Positions 11,701 to 23,259 of a DNA stretch of 64,000 bases are shown piece after piece (position 1 is the stretch's first letter; each line of letters starts with the position of its first letter). The stretch lies in NCBI GenBank assembly GCA_963720465.1, contig OY970393.1, forward strand, positions 416,001-480,000. Direction: 5' to 3'. The notes beneath the pieces were generated by a model. That model had not been told where the DNA came from. It searched no databases and saw nothing but the letters and a program-made list of their open reading frames with translations. The stretch is from Methanobacteriota archaeon (GTDB lineage Archaea; Halobacteriota; Bog-38; Methanoflorentales; Methanoflorentaceae). The position numbers were made by a program, and so were the translations under genes.

Positions 11701-11885
11701 GGTGAGCCGTTTGCGGTCGGCGGCCCTTCGATGAATCGGAATAGCTCCGCTCCTTTGTTTGCGTTTATGCTTTTACTGATAATGTCGCGGTCATCCCATT
11801 CTTTGAGAATGGTTTCCTCCATAGCAACAAAGTTGAAATCGAGTTGCGAGTTTGCCCTTGCCGCGTGCGCATCATTCTCGTTCAC
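8769..11885 (-). CDS. ileS: Isoleucine--tRNA ligase, type 2, GVHH variant of HIGH motif
   Basis: GPPTANGSPGVHH, GWDCHGLP, WTTTPWTL, DQTRGWFY, KMSKSKGN. Confidence 0.97.
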   Translation of the reverse strand: MNENDAHAARANSQLDFNFVAMEETILKEWDDRDIISKSINANKGAELFRFIEGPPTANGSPGVHHVYARVIKDLFLRYKSMQGFYVPRVSGWDCHGLPVEISVEKELQFEDKAGIERYGIERFNNVCRSSVFSHIDEWAELTKRIGFFIDLTTPYTTMDPRYIESVWWSLKRLWERDLIYEGHYVVPYCPRCGTALSTHEVAQGYETITEEAAFVKFPLSDQYETYFLAWTTTPWTLLSNVALAVNPNILYVKVKVKNQFLIFAKELLETVLSDELHFTVVAEFQGNELSGTRYVPLFSDGQPTVVLAEFVNTAEGTGIVHIAPAFGEDDFNVAKAEGLPLVQLVKPDGRFDDHVPLVGGLFFTDANATIVKTLASRGLLYKREMYEHSYPFCWRCEAPLMYYARRAWFIRMSSMREALVRNNEMVQWHPKTLKHGRFGNFIENARDWALSRERYWGTPLPIWKCRNNHVVFIGSIDELKQRIRDDATLGDIHKPYIDRIVFPCDECAEIMRRIPDVIDCWYDSGCAPFASLHYPFERSEDFKLPVDFIAEGVDQTRGWFYSLHAIASAVFGSNAYSTAISLGHIVDEHGRKMSKSKGNTVDPWQILNNEGADSLRWYLFGAGNPGTPKRFYEDAIIESQRKTISTIWHILSFFTTYAQIDQYDVNWQLADEQRNIIDRWLLSRLNGLVSNVVEYMDRYDYYLATLAIDSFIDELSNWFVRTSRRRFWKNEQDLDKTSAYVSLFETLWALSALIAPFAPFISEYMHKTLARYAPEARESVHLEAFPAPQPDRLLPEAEHDMDYTKRIVEAGRAARSSAHIKTRQPLRRIICIGPELESDELQAIIKNELNVKAIDFEKDKDRFIAYEIGLNFASVGPKYKDLAPTIKQVLSTLAPHAVLEKMDRGIELEIGQTPISLSKEDLTISEKVKCGFVKSDDSSLVVFLDTEITAELQKESLAREVVRRIQVMRKELDLPYAAKIRVAYSSPSEVSQAIRTFDSYLKDETLATSIVKGDLKNARLRKEWTIDGHQVVLSIAE

Positions 11886-12049
11886 GAGTGGCTTTACCTC
11901 GGAGTTAGATGTTTGTGCTGAAATGTCCCTTTTTCACTGTACGAGACGAACATTTTTCAGACAAGATTCTATCCCGCGCTCGGTAATAAAGATTGTCGAG
12001 TCGCTTTCATTTGTTCAGGTCGGTCTAGCTATTTTTAGTTAGTCTAGGT

Positions 12050-12477
12050 TAGCGGGGTTTTGTCGCTCGTCCCCCAAAGTGCCAAGACTCAGGCCAGGGA
12101 TAACAAACATCCGAACTTGAAAAACACCGCTCTGCACCATCATTTTTCCGCAAACCCCCTTATATCCGGTGTGCTTCTACGAACCACGTCAATCTCGAGG
12201 CGACTTTTAGCGTCTGAATGAAGGTGTATGGTCGAGGTAATATGTTCGCGTTTTCGCGTGGATGTCAGTCAAAGGGAGATAAGGCCTCGATGCTCGCGAC
12301 GGTAAACAAGCGTGATTATGCCGATCTGAGTTCCCTCTGTCCGACTGAACGAGATAATCAAGAAGATACCCTCTTATAACGTCTCTGATCGCTTCGGATC
12401 GCCAAGAGTAGCCCCTTTTGCCCATCACCTGGTCAAATGCAGCTAGAAGTTACAGGTATTGAGACTCTTATCCTCAT
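12050..12477 (-). pseudogene. nikR: Degraded nickel-responsive regulator NikR (3' limit approximate)
   Basis: MRIRVSIP, frameshift, then LAAFDQVMGKRGYSWRSEAIRDVIRGYL (ribbon-helix-helix); frame lost again downstream. Confidence 0.75.
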
Positions 12478-13213
12478 GAGTTCATCCTCGATCTATGTCC
12501 TCAGTTTCGCGGAATAAGTGAGTTTTTCGGGATATTTATTGATCAGCTAGAGACAGACTGGTCTGTTTAAAATTGTGTTTGTACTGATACGAGGGTGTGG
12601 CAAGTTTTGCGAGGATCTTTTGGACTAGTATTCTAGAACAACACAACATGACCCTTCGCCCCTAAGACTAATATACTGTTCAAGAGCGAACTTGACTGTC
12701 GGAGCCTACGAGATACGCTGTTGCCTGCCAAAGGGCGCCGTTTGGGTACGCTGAGGCCGCGATAAAATCATTCGTCGTTCTCACTGATTTAATGTTCGGC
12801 TTGGTCCTCAGACGGACTAAGGAGCTGGAGAGCCGTTTGTGAGATAGAACAGCCGCGAAAAACGAGTAGGCATCGAATGTCGCGAACATTCAGAGCTCGA
12901 AATCCTTCATCGACTGGAGTGTATTTCCGTGCGACAACGAAGTCATCAGTCTCGCCCTTAGGCAATATCTTTAATGCCGCAAGGTTGGCAGCTGTTTAAA
13001 AAGGCTTGGTCAAAATCGCTAGGTAGCTCTCAGCGAACGATTTTAAGAGCTTGCCCCGCAATGAAATAACGTAAAATGGTTCTGGCAACCGAGTCTTGGC
13101 ACGTGTGCGGGCGCGGCTCTTGAATATCCAAAAAAATATAAATTCCCCGGTGTCCAATAAACTATTAATACCGGAGATTTGAACATCTCCAAAGCTAAAC
13201 GGAGTTTTTTAGT

Positions 13214-13951
13214 TTGAGCACCACGTCCAATCCGATAGAAGGTACAGAGTTGTTGCAAGCGCGAAAAACTATTGTGCACATCATCAATTCACTGAGCCCG
13301 TCAAGCAGGCTTAAAGGTGTTCATATAGACGACATCGTAAGCTACAGCGAATCTCTCGGAATCTATCCTGAAAGCGTTATCGGGGTGATTCAACAATTAG
13401 CAAAAGAAGGGCTAGTCGTCGAGCCGTCAAAGAACCGTTTTTTGAACCGATTTCCCCCGGTCACCATCCCTAAAAACAACCAACAAGCAGGTCTGCATAG
13501 GTCAATAGAGCAAGCAGTCGATTCTCAGCGCGACACTAGCGATGATCTGGACAAGAAAGCCTTGCTTCTCGAGAAGAGTCACATCCTGTTGACCCTCGAG
13601 CAACTGCTTCAAATTGAACGGGAGTACACAGATATAATGGCATCCGGTGACCTCGATTTTTTTTACGACGGTTATCCAAGCGACGCTGAAATTGGCAAAC
13701 GCGTGGGAATAGACAAGAGAAAGATTCAAGGAGCGCGCGTCTTGCTAGGTCTTTTGACCGAGCGTGACGTGAAAATCAACTTCGACCGCGAAAAGCTTCT
13801 AGAGTGGCTTTCGGCGCCCAAGTCTGCGAGAAAGAGTTCAAAGGATTTTGCCGACGAGCTCGGCGTAAGCTACTCAACCTTCAAGCGAAAAAGAGCTCTT
13901 TGGGAGGCATATCTGTCTAAAAGCTCCGTCAGCGGTAAATCATTTGAGTAG
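13214..13951 (+). CDS. Uncharacterised protein with RPA/MCM-type winged helix and two C-terminal HTH-like motifs
   Basis: GVHIDDIV..LAKEGLVVEP; PSDAEIGKRVGID; SSKDFADELGVSYSTF. Confidence 0.7.
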   Translation: MSTTSNPIEGTELLQARKTIVHIINSLSPSSRLKGVHIDDIVSYSESLGIYPESVIGVIQQLAKEGLVVEPSKNRFLNRFPPVTIPKNNQQAGLHRSIEQAVDSQRDTSDDLDKKALLLEKSHILLTLEQLLQIEREYTDIMASGDLDFFYDGYPSDAEIGKRVGIDKRKIQGARVLLGLLTERDVKINFDREKLLEWLSAPKSARKSSKDFADELGVSYSTFKRKRALWEAYLSKSSVSGKSFE

Positions 13952-13963
13952 TGTGTGAAGTGC

Positions 13964-14488
13964 ATGAAGTTCTTAGCTGATCGAATGCTAGGGCGCCTCT
14001 CTTCTTGGCTCAGAATCCTGGGTTATGATACTCTAAGCGCGAATTCCTTCGCTGGTTTGTCAAACGCCGCTGAGGACACTTTCATGCTCCAGCTGTCAGG
14101 ATCCGAGGAGCGGGCGTTACTGACTAAGGATACACAGCTTCATATCCGAGCAAGGCAAAAGTGTGGCATCCCGTCACTTCTCGTTCGAGATGGAGACGTG
14201 CTCTGCCAATTAAACCAAGTGCGACAGCAGTATGGTTTGGTCTTCCCCGAAGAACCCAAACCTGTTCGATGCAGCGTTTGTAACGGGACGCTTGAACTGG
14301 TGTCAATTGAAGACATTCTTCGGTCTCATGAGATCAATAAGCTTCGCACAAAGGGCGTCGATATTGAGAAATTCATTCACAGGTACGCTCGCTTTTATAA
14401 GTGTAGTCAATGCAGCAAAATATTTTGGAAAGGGCAACATTGGCGGAACATGGTCAGTACAACACGACACCTTACTGAGGGGCCCTAA
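13964..14488 (+). CDS. Mut7-C (PIN-like) RNase domain protein
   Basis: FLADRMLGRLSSWLRILGYDT, LLTKD, RCSVCN, CSQCSKIFWKGQHW. Confidence 0.92.
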   Translation: MKFLADRMLGRLSSWLRILGYDTLSANSFAGLSNAAEDTFMLQLSGSEERALLTKDTQLHIRARQKCGIPSLLVRDGDVLCQLNQVRQQYGLVFPEEPKPVRCSVCNGTLELVSIEDILRSHEINKLRTKGVDIEKFIHRYARFYKCSQCSKIFWKGQHWRNMVSTTRHLTEGP

Positions 14489-14547
14489 GTGCATTCTAAG
14501 AAGTTTTTGTGCCGCTCGGATCGGCAAAATGCGTCTTTCTACCACTT

Positions 14548-15327
14548 TTACCCCCCCGTAGGGTTTCCGCTTTGCACTCTAGTCATTTGAACCAGATGGT
14601 CGCGACTTTCCTTTACAGCTGTGTAGTCGTTAACTTCAATTATCGCTTTGTTTATCCCTTTTAGCTGAGTCCAGTCGATGGTTCCTTCACCGATTGGAAG
14701 ATGCAGATCGCGTTCGCCGTCGTTATCACTCACGTGATAGTAAGCCACCGGAAAATCCGCCTGTAAGAAGTCTGTTACGGCGTTGTTCGTGTGTGCGTGC
14801 CCAACGTCGATTGTTGCAGACGTGCCGCACGTTTCGATAAAAAGCTTGTGCTGCTTAACATCGGTGCAGAAATATTTCGTGTTACGGGGCATATTCTCGA
14901 TGGCAGGCGTTATTCCAACGTCGGCGGCGTAGTTTGCCCACTGTTTAAGGCTATACAGAGCCAAATCGAGCGATCGCCTCGTCAGTCTGTCATTTATTCT
15001 CTTGACGTAGCCAGGGTGGGTCGTGATCGTCGAAGCGTCTATAGCGACAGCAAGATCCACCGTCTCGGTGAGTTGTTTCGTCGTTTCCTCGCGTATTCCA
15101 ACGTTGACACTGGCGGGATTGAGATCGACCGTAGGCGAGTGAATCGTTAGTTCAATATCGTACTGCGACGCAATTTCAAATTGCGAAACATTTCTTAAGG
15201 CATGCCGGGGCAGGTAGGGGCCCTCGCATAGCACCTCGATCACGTCGAACCTGTCCTCAAAGGCTCGTTTCATGATCTTGTCAAAAGGCGCGCCAAATAG
15301 AGCAAGCGCCGTGAATCCCACTTTCAT
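14548..15327 (-). CDS. Sugar phosphate isomerase/epimerase-family TIM barrel
   Basis: THPG, ENMP, DVGHA, HVSDNDGERDLHLPIGEGTIDW. Confidence 0.9.
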   Translation of the reverse strand: MKVGFTALALFGAPFDKIMKRAFEDRFDVIEVLCEGPYLPRHALRNVSQFEIASQYDIELTIHSPTVDLNPASVNVGIREETTKQLTETVDLAVAIDASTITTHPGYVKRINDRLTRRSLDLALYSLKQWANYAADVGITPAIENMPRNTKYFCTDVKQHKLFIETCGTSATIDVGHAHTNNAVTDFLQADFPVAYYHVSDNDGERDLHLPIGEGTIDWTQLKGINKAIIEVNDYTAVKESRDHLVQMTRVQSGNPTGG

Positions 15328-15484
15328 AAAAAAATGTGTCGACTACCGAATATAAACGTGTTAGCTACGGGTCACGTGGAGTGCTGCACTCTTATTACAT
15401 TTAGTTCCTAGAAGCTGAGTTGGCTCGAGCAAACAAAGATGCAAACTGCTAATTTTGCATAAGCAAAAAAAATGACGGCACTAA

Positions 15485-16489
15485 TTAGCGGGCAGGATAG
15501 TAGTCTTCCACTCTTACGATATCGTCGACAAATGGTGTTGAGACACTGTGCATGAGAGAGTTTTCTGTGGCCACGATTTTGTGCAAAGCCCCACGCGGAA
15601 TATCCATTGTATCGTTTCTTCCGAAGAACTCCTTTTTGTGCTCGAATTGTACATAGCAAGAACCTTCGAGCATGTAGATTGACTCTTCTTTTTCTTTGTG
15701 ATAGTGATATGAGGTTGTATAGCCTTCTTTTATGTAGATCTCTTTTGTGAGATAATTCTCGGTGCTGATGAGAACCTTTTCATAGCCCCAAGGTTTGTCA
15801 GTTCTGTTTGCGTACTCCTTTTTTATCTCTTCGAGGTCCTTGGTCGTATCTATCGACATCCAAAACGTGTTTTCCTTGTAATATCCGAGTTGATTGGTGT
15901 CTGCGAGGACAGGAAAAACCGTCTTTTCTATTTCGCCCTTTTCAAAATTGCTAAATGGAATCTCAGAGTCGAGTAGATAAATCCCTCCGTTTATGTAATA
16001 CTCAAGGAGTGGCTTCTCCTTGAAAGAGCGGATATGGTCCTCCCCTAGTTCTACAATGCCATAAGGGCTGCGCATTTTCGTGACAAACATCATAGCCTTG
16101 AAATCGCTGACGCTGTACTTTTTCATCATCTTCTTCAGATTGATGTCGGAAACTACGTCGCCGTTGCGGATCAAAACTGTTTCTTTATCTTTCAACAGAT
16201 CAATTCCAAGTTTGATTGCATTGAGGGTGCCTAACGGTTTGTCTTCAACAGAATACTGAATTTCCATGCCACGATAGCGTTTCCCGTATCTATCTTCTAT
16301 CTTCTCGCTCAAGTACCCGGTCAGCAGTATCACGCTCTCAATATCACTGTTGGCCATATCGTATAGCTGCCGGTCTAGAATTGTGTAGTCGTCCGTAATA
16401 TCTATAAGCGGCTTGGGTATGTCCTCGGTATACGGTTTGAGTCGCTTGCCATACCCCCCGCAGAGGATCATGCCTATCATATGAATCAT
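15485..16489 (-). CDS. Sugar-phosphate nucleotidyltransferase with C-terminal cupin
   Basis: ILCGGYGKRLKP..PKPL, NGDVV, FKEKP; KPWGYE, SYHYH cupin. Confidence 0.9.
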   Translation of the reverse strand: MIHMIGMILCGGYGKRLKPYTEDIPKPLIDITDDYTILDRQLYDMANSDIESVILLTGYLSEKIEDRYGKRYRGMEIQYSVEDKPLGTLNAIKLGIDLLKDKETVLIRNGDVVSDINLKKMMKKYSVSDFKAMMFVTKMRSPYGIVELGEDHIRSFKEKPLLEYYINGGIYLLDSEIPFSNFEKGEIEKTVFPVLADTNQLGYYKENTFWMSIDTTKDLEEIKKEYANRTDKPWGYEKVLISTENYLTKEIYIKEGYTTSYHYHKEKEESIYMLEGSCYVQFEHKKEFFGRNDTMDIPRGALHKIVATENSLMHSVSTPFVDDIVRVEDYYPAR

Positions 16490-16643
16490 CGAATAGTCCT
16501 GCTACGACTTTACTTTTTCTGTAGCAAGAAGAGAGGCAGCACTCTGCCTGGTTTCTATGGACCTCGGAAAAAAAGAGTGTGAAATCACTTAGGCCGCGCA
16601 AGCGGCTTTCTAGATGAAAAAAGGTTGGGGCGGCTCAATTAAG

Positions 16644-16967
16644 CTAGCCGCACCCTCCGCTGCACGACCCGCATCCGGTGAGGCTCGGGTGCTTGATAGT
16701 AAACCCTTTCCCAAACATTGGGTCATCGACAAAATCAATCTCGGCTCCATCGAGTGCCGTCTCTACGTTCTTTTCCAAGAACATTTTTACGCCGTTTGAT
16801 TCTTTTACGTCTTCTCCCTTTGTGGGGTTTTCGTCTAGGGACATCGTATACTGCGGGCCGCCACAGCCCATGCCGCCATACGATATCCTCAAACCATATT
16901 CGGATTTGCCCTCTTTTACGAGGAGGTCTTTCAGCTCTCGTGCTGCTGTTTCTGTTACTTGGATCAT
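16644..16967 (-). CDS. HesB/IscA iron-sulfur cluster carrier
   Basis: IQVTETAA, GGMGCGGPQY, IDF, C-terminal CGSC. Confidence 0.9.
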   Translation of the reverse strand: MIQVTETAARELKDLLVKEGKSEYGLRISYGGMGCGGPQYTMSLDENPTKGEDVKESNGVKMFLEKNVETALDGAEIDFVDDPMFGKGFTIKHPSLTGCGSCSGGCG

Positions 16968-17000
16968 TTCGAACTCCTATATTTTTCTCTCTCGTCGCAT

Positions 17001-18767
<1,767 letters not shown>

Positions 18768-18874
18768 TTTTTTCCTCCGTGTAACGTGATCAATCCTAAT
18801 GCCTGTAGGTTCGGCCTTAACTATGCAGAAAGTTCTATAAAAGCGTTTTGTCCGAGGCCTCAGTGAAAGCGCAG

Positions 18875-19816
18875 CTATTCTTCCGATCGCTCGCGCACGA
18901 GATGCATCAATTCAGTCGAGCTGTCCAAGTCCTCGAGTTCTTGCAGACGCACGATAACGGTGTGCAAGATCCTGAAACGCTTGGGCTCATCGTCAGTGAT
19001 GTACAGTGAGTGCGCGGATACAACTCGCGCTATGCTGCTCATCAGTTCAGCTCTCTTTGCCATCAGACTCGCGTTCTTGCTGATCCCGGTCAGTAAGGTT
19101 TCTTCATTGGTCTGTGACAGCATGTCAAATGGTGCCTGAAACATAGGAAGCACCTTGAATCCTAAGTCAACGAGCAACGATATTGCCTGTCTCTCTATGG
19201 GCGGAAGTGAATCAGCTTTCGCTGTTTCCTCGTGAAACCTGTGTCGCGTAAGCAGGTTTATGGGCACGGCAAGCGGCGCGTCTAGAATCGCCTCTAGCCT
19301 GACGGCTATTTCGACCTTAGCATCCATTCCTTCTTCGTACTTACGAATACTTCTTCGCGAAACGCCTAGCTGCGATGCTATTGCACCTAAAGAAAGGTCC
19401 CTTCCAGTGCGAGCTGCATAGAGTGCATTCTCATCTAATTTCACGTATAGTCCGCCGGGAGCGGCATAAATGAGCGGCGGAAGCTCATCTATGAAGAAAT
19501 CCGACAGTGTGTCGACGTTAACAGCGGGGACCCCATAACGCACATACACCGCACCCTCTTGGAGTTCGTGATTTCGAGCTTTCTCGCCGACAAGCAAAGG
19601 CGAGGCATAGAAGCACTCCGCAAGTTTCTTCAGTTCAGAGGCTGTTTCCTCACTTAGGCCATCGATATTTGAAAGCATCTTCAAGAAAAGTAGAATTGAG
19701 CCCTTCCTAGCGGCGATGTCGAAGCATCTAGAGCGAACGTCGCATCTCTTCGATGTTACGAAGCCTGCCGTGTGTAGCACCTCAGCAGTTTGATCTGTTA
19801 ACAGATCCTGGCGCAT
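18875..19816 (-). CDS. Archaeal HTH transcriptional regulator (COG1395-like)
   Basis: [41 protein letters not shown]; divergent from tiaS. Confidence 0.88.
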   Translation of the reverse strand: MRQDLLTDQTAEVLHTAGFVTSKRCDVRSRCFDIAARKGSILLFLKMLSNIDGLSEETASELKKLAECFYASPLLVGEKARNHELQEGAVYVRYGVPAVNVDTLSDFFIDELPPLIYAAPGGLYVKLDENALYAARTGRDLSLGAIASQLGVSRRSIRKYEEGMDAKVEIAVRLEAILDAPLAVPINLLTRHRFHEETAKADSLPPIERQAISLLVDLGFKVLPMFQAPFDMLSQTNEETLLTGISKNASLMAKRAELMSSIARVVSAHSLYITDDEPKRFRILHTVIVRLQELEDLDSSTELMHLVRERSEE

Positions 19817-19939
19817 TATTGGGGTCCTCCTAGGTGATTGCAAGCCGCTAGAGCTTGTTAATCTGCCCTACCTTAAATAACATGTTCAAAAAGATACTTA
19901 TATACTTCTGTCGATAGAAAAAATGAGGCTCCTGCTGGC

Positions 19940-21196
19940 ATGCTTATTGGAATCGACGATACTGATTCAAAGCGCGGGATGTGCACCACTTACTTGGGCA
20001 CTTTGTTAAAAAAAGCGCTCGAGCAAGAGCTGAACGAGATTATTCAGCTTCGTTTAGTGCGGCTCAATCCGACAATACGATTTAAGACCAGAGGAAACGC
20101 ATCAATTTGTATCTCCATCAGGCATTCGTATGACGTTCAAGATATCGTGCGAAAGCACATCGAACGAATGGCGCACCTTGATGATGACAATACACATCCT
20201 GGGGCCGTTTTTTTTGATGAAGACGCAATTCCAGCTGATATTCGGTGCTTCGCGCGCGACGCTGTGCATGCCGAGCTTTGCTTGGAAAAAGCCACCGAAC
20301 TCATCGATGGATACGGGCTTGATTTTTTATCATTTAAGAGCGGCAGAGGCTTAATTGGGGCGCTTGCTGCAATAGGCGCGACCGTTGAAAACTGCTCTTC
20401 GTACGAACTTATTGCGTATCGTTTTGAGAAGAATTTTGCAAAAAAACGTTACATAAATCAGCAATCAGTTTGGCGTGCTGACGCGGCTACTTACCCCTAC
20501 ACGTGGGATACACTTGATCGAAAAGGTGAAGCAGTTATATGTGCCCCACACTCTTCAGATCCCATACTATACGGAATTAGGGGAGATGACCCGACCCAAA
20601 TACTCGCTGCGCAGAGCAAAATTATCTCAGAACCATTTCAGTATCTCACGCTTTACAGGACCAATCAGGGGACAGACGCACACGTTCGACCCGCTCAAAT
20701 TCGAGAGTTGGAAGAAGGCCGGTCCTACAAGGTGACTGCAGTGGTAACCAGAGCACCCTGGACAATAACAGGCGGGCACACTTTTGTCCGAGTAGGCGAT
20801 AACGGTGCCGAGCTGCTATGCGTCGCATTTGAACCCACTAAGCAATTCCGTACTACGGTTCGTGAGTTGCGTGTTGGTGACAAAGTGGTGGTCCAAGGCA
20901 GCTACGTCAAAAACTGCCTGCACTTGGAGAAATTGCGAGTTCTGGAACTCTGCGATCAATATAAAAGCGGGAATCCTATCTGCTGCGACAAAAGCATGAA
21001 GTCGCTCGGGCAAGATAAGGGTTTCAAGTGCTCAAAGTGCAAGGCTGTCAAGGATGCTAGACTTAAATGCCAGGTATCGATAAAAAGAGAAGTAGCACCT
21101 GGCGCGTATGAAGTCACCCCGTCTGCGAGACGCCATCTCGCAGAACCACTCATAAGGGGTCACAACCGTGGTTATGCTGTATTTCCAAGCAGATGA
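19940..21196 (+). CDS. tiaS: tRNA(Ile2) agmatinylcytidine synthetase
   Basis: IGIDDTDSKRGMCTTY, KTRGNA, GRGLIGALAA, TNQGTD, RRHL. Confidence 0.96.
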   Translation: MLIGIDDTDSKRGMCTTYLGTLLKKALEQELNEIIQLRLVRLNPTIRFKTRGNASICISIRHSYDVQDIVRKHIERMAHLDDDNTHPGAVFFDEDAIPADIRCFARDAVHAELCLEKATELIDGYGLDFLSFKSGRGLIGALAAIGATVENCSSYELIAYRFEKNFAKKRYINQQSVWRADAATYPYTWDTLDRKGEAVICAPHSSDPILYGIRGDDPTQILAAQSKIISEPFQYLTLYRTNQGTDAHVRPAQIRELEEGRSYKVTAVVTRAPWTITGGHTFVRVGDNGAELLCVAFEPTKQFRTTVRELRVGDKVVVQGSYVKNCLHLEKLRVLELCDQYKSGNPICCDKSMKSLGQDKGFKCSKCKAVKDARLKCQVSIKREVAPGAYEVTPSARRHLAEPLIRGHNRGYAVFPSR

Positions 21197-21281
21197 AGCT
21201 TCGTAAGCCGTCAGGTTCGTCCGACCCTGCTCAGGACACGTGAAAGGTCGTTAACTTTCGTGAAAAGCGTGGAGTCATAGA

Positions 21282-22238
21282 TTGATGTGCGCAAGATTTA
21301 ACAGGCGTGTTCTCACAGGCTTGGCCCGATTTGACGGGTGCATTGTTCACTTGACGCATACGGATCTAGATGCGGTGTGCTGTGACGCGCTCTTTAGGAG
21401 AAAATATGGAAATGTGTTTACGATCTTTTCATCCGTTCAAGATTACAGCTCCTACTTGCAGCTTCTCGCTCAGGCCAAAAAAAAGGTGGATATGACGTTG
21501 TGTCTTTCTGATCTTGGGGGCAGAACAGACGCTTTTGAAGTTGTTGCACGGTTGAAAAGCAAAGGATGGCGCGTTGAGTGGCGCGACCATCACGTGTGGG
21601 ATGAGCGCTTTTTCGCAGATATCGAGAGCGTCGCCGACTACTTGCGCGTTGATCGCGAGCTATGTGCGTGCGAAATCGTATATACAGACCTCCTGGAAGG
21701 CGATGCAATCGCCAAGGAAGTCGCAGCGATAGGGAGAGATAGAGATTTTTGGATCAACAATGACCCACGTTCTGAAGTGCTCTCTACTGCGATAAGTGAT
21801 GATAAGTCGCGAGAGGAGATCGCATTAAAACTGTCACACGGGGCTTTTGCAGACGCCGAGATCGAAGCGATGTATGCGCTTCAAATCGGTCGGAAGAACA
21901 AAGCCATCAGCAAAGCGATAAGAAAATCGGTTCTGCTCGGTCATACGGCGGTCACGACCAGCAACGGTTACACAAGCGATGTGGCTGCGATGCTTAGGGA
22001 CGAGTATCACTCAACGACGGAGCTCATTTTGCGAGGGAATGGTGTATTCTCAGTCAGAACGGTCGCTCCGGTGAGCAACCAGATCGCAATGCTATTTAAC
22101 GGTGGTGGGCATCCGCATGCTGCTGGCGGCAATCTCTCTTTCACGAGACGAGACCAGATAGGATTTAAGCTGGTCGGGTATCGACTCGCGAAGGTGCGTA
22201 AGCTTATCGAAGCAGCATCGAGGTTCAATCACTCGTGA
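21282..22238 (+). CDS. DHH/DHHA1 phosphoesterase
   Basis: THTDLD, SDLG, RDHH, GGGHPHAAG. Confidence 0.88.
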   Translation: MMCARFNRRVLTGLARFDGCIVHLTHTDLDAVCCDALFRRKYGNVFTIFSSVQDYSSYLQLLAQAKKKVDMTLCLSDLGGRTDAFEVVARLKSKGWRVEWRDHHVWDERFFADIESVADYLRVDRELCACEIVYTDLLEGDAIAKEVAAIGRDRDFWINNDPRSEVLSTAISDDKSREEIALKLSHGAFADAEIEAMYALQIGRKNKAISKAIRKSVLLGHTAVTTSNGYTSDVAAMLRDEYHSTTELILRGNGVFSVRTVAPVSNQIAMLFNGGGHPHAAGGNLSFTRRDQIGFKLVGYRLAKVRKLIEAASRFNHS

Positions 22239-23259
22239 CCGACTCGTGACCGACCAGGGTGCCCCCACGCAACTCTGCGATTAGAGCAACCACTTCTTCT
22301 GGATCATAGACCTCCTTAAACACCATAGTGTGACCACTAGTGGTCTTAATAACGACACTTCCTGTTCTCAACAGCCTTTCTAAGAAGCTCTGTTGCCTTG
22401 CGAGCTTCGCAACTCGATTGAGCGGTATAACTGCTCTCTTCTTCAAAAAAAGGCCGTTTTCAATTGATATATCACGCGAGTTGATTCCGTATCTTTCTGA
22501 ATAGACGGTGAGGGCGGTCCGAGCGGCGACGAAAAGAAAAAGCAGCATCGCGGCTCCCCTAAGCGCGGTCGCGATCAAGCTTACGTCTATGAGCCTCTGG
22601 ACAAAAAAAGACCCGAAAAGGAGAACCACTAGTAACAGTACAAGTCCTTTATGTTTTAGCGTGCAACCCAAAATACTGGGACGGGCCAAATATAAGAGCT
22701 CCTTATCATCTATATCCAACCCGCCTTTGATGATCGGATAGGCGGGCCGGGAGGCGCTAATCCGCTTGGTGTCATAGGGGGTGTTATAGGGTGAGCGGTC
22801 GCGAGTGGCTTGTGTGGAATATGATACACCCGCGGTGCGATCGTCGACGTAAGTCGCGACATAATCACGCATCTCCTCTGACACCGCCAAGGCGATTCTT
22901 GCGATTTCGGGGCTAATCTTAATCTTATGAAAAGCGACGATGCCTGATTCCCACCAGTAATCTAGCGAGTCCGCGTTTTTCTCTATCTGAGCTCGCAACG
23001 CTGGGTTGAAAGCAAAACGTCCTCGACTCCTATACTCATCTTGAAGGCAGAGCTGATACAATTCTTTAATCCGGTGAGCGTTTAGAATGACCTCTTCATA
23101 ATCGCCCGATTGATAGAAACGTCGCGCTTTCTCTATTAATCGATCTAGTGTCCGTACGGCCGTGGCGAATTCGGTTGTTGAGGAGGAGCCGTAGCTATCT
23201 CTGTTTTCTGCACGTGGATGTTCCCAATGGTCCGTACTGTCCCCTAACATATGCTTCAC
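22225..23259 (-). CDS. Membrane protein with bacterial PH (bPH_2) domain and HEPN-like N-terminus
   Basis: Two TM segments then Y.I....[24 protein letters not shown]. Confidence 0.75.
   Translation of the reverse strand: MKHMLGDSTDHWEHPRAENRDSYGSSSTTEFATAVRTLDRLIEKARRFYQSGDYEEVILNAHRIKELYQLCLQDEYRSRGRFAFNPALRAQIEKNADSLDYWWESGIVAFHKIKISPEIARIALAVSEEMRDYVATYVDDRTAGVSYSTQATRDRSPYNTPYDTKRISASRPAYPIIKGGLDIDDKELLYLARPSILGCTLKHKGLVLLLVVLLFGSFFVQRLIDVSLIATALRGAAMLLFLFVAARTALTVYSERYGINSRDISIENGLFLKKRAVIPLNRVAKLARQQSFLERLLRTGSVVIKTTSGHTMVFKEVYDPEEVVALIAELRGGTLVGHESVTSD

Noticed and set aside
16644-16967. HesB as a possible selenoprotein
   Set aside because: No in-frame UGA; cysteine positions are normal codons.
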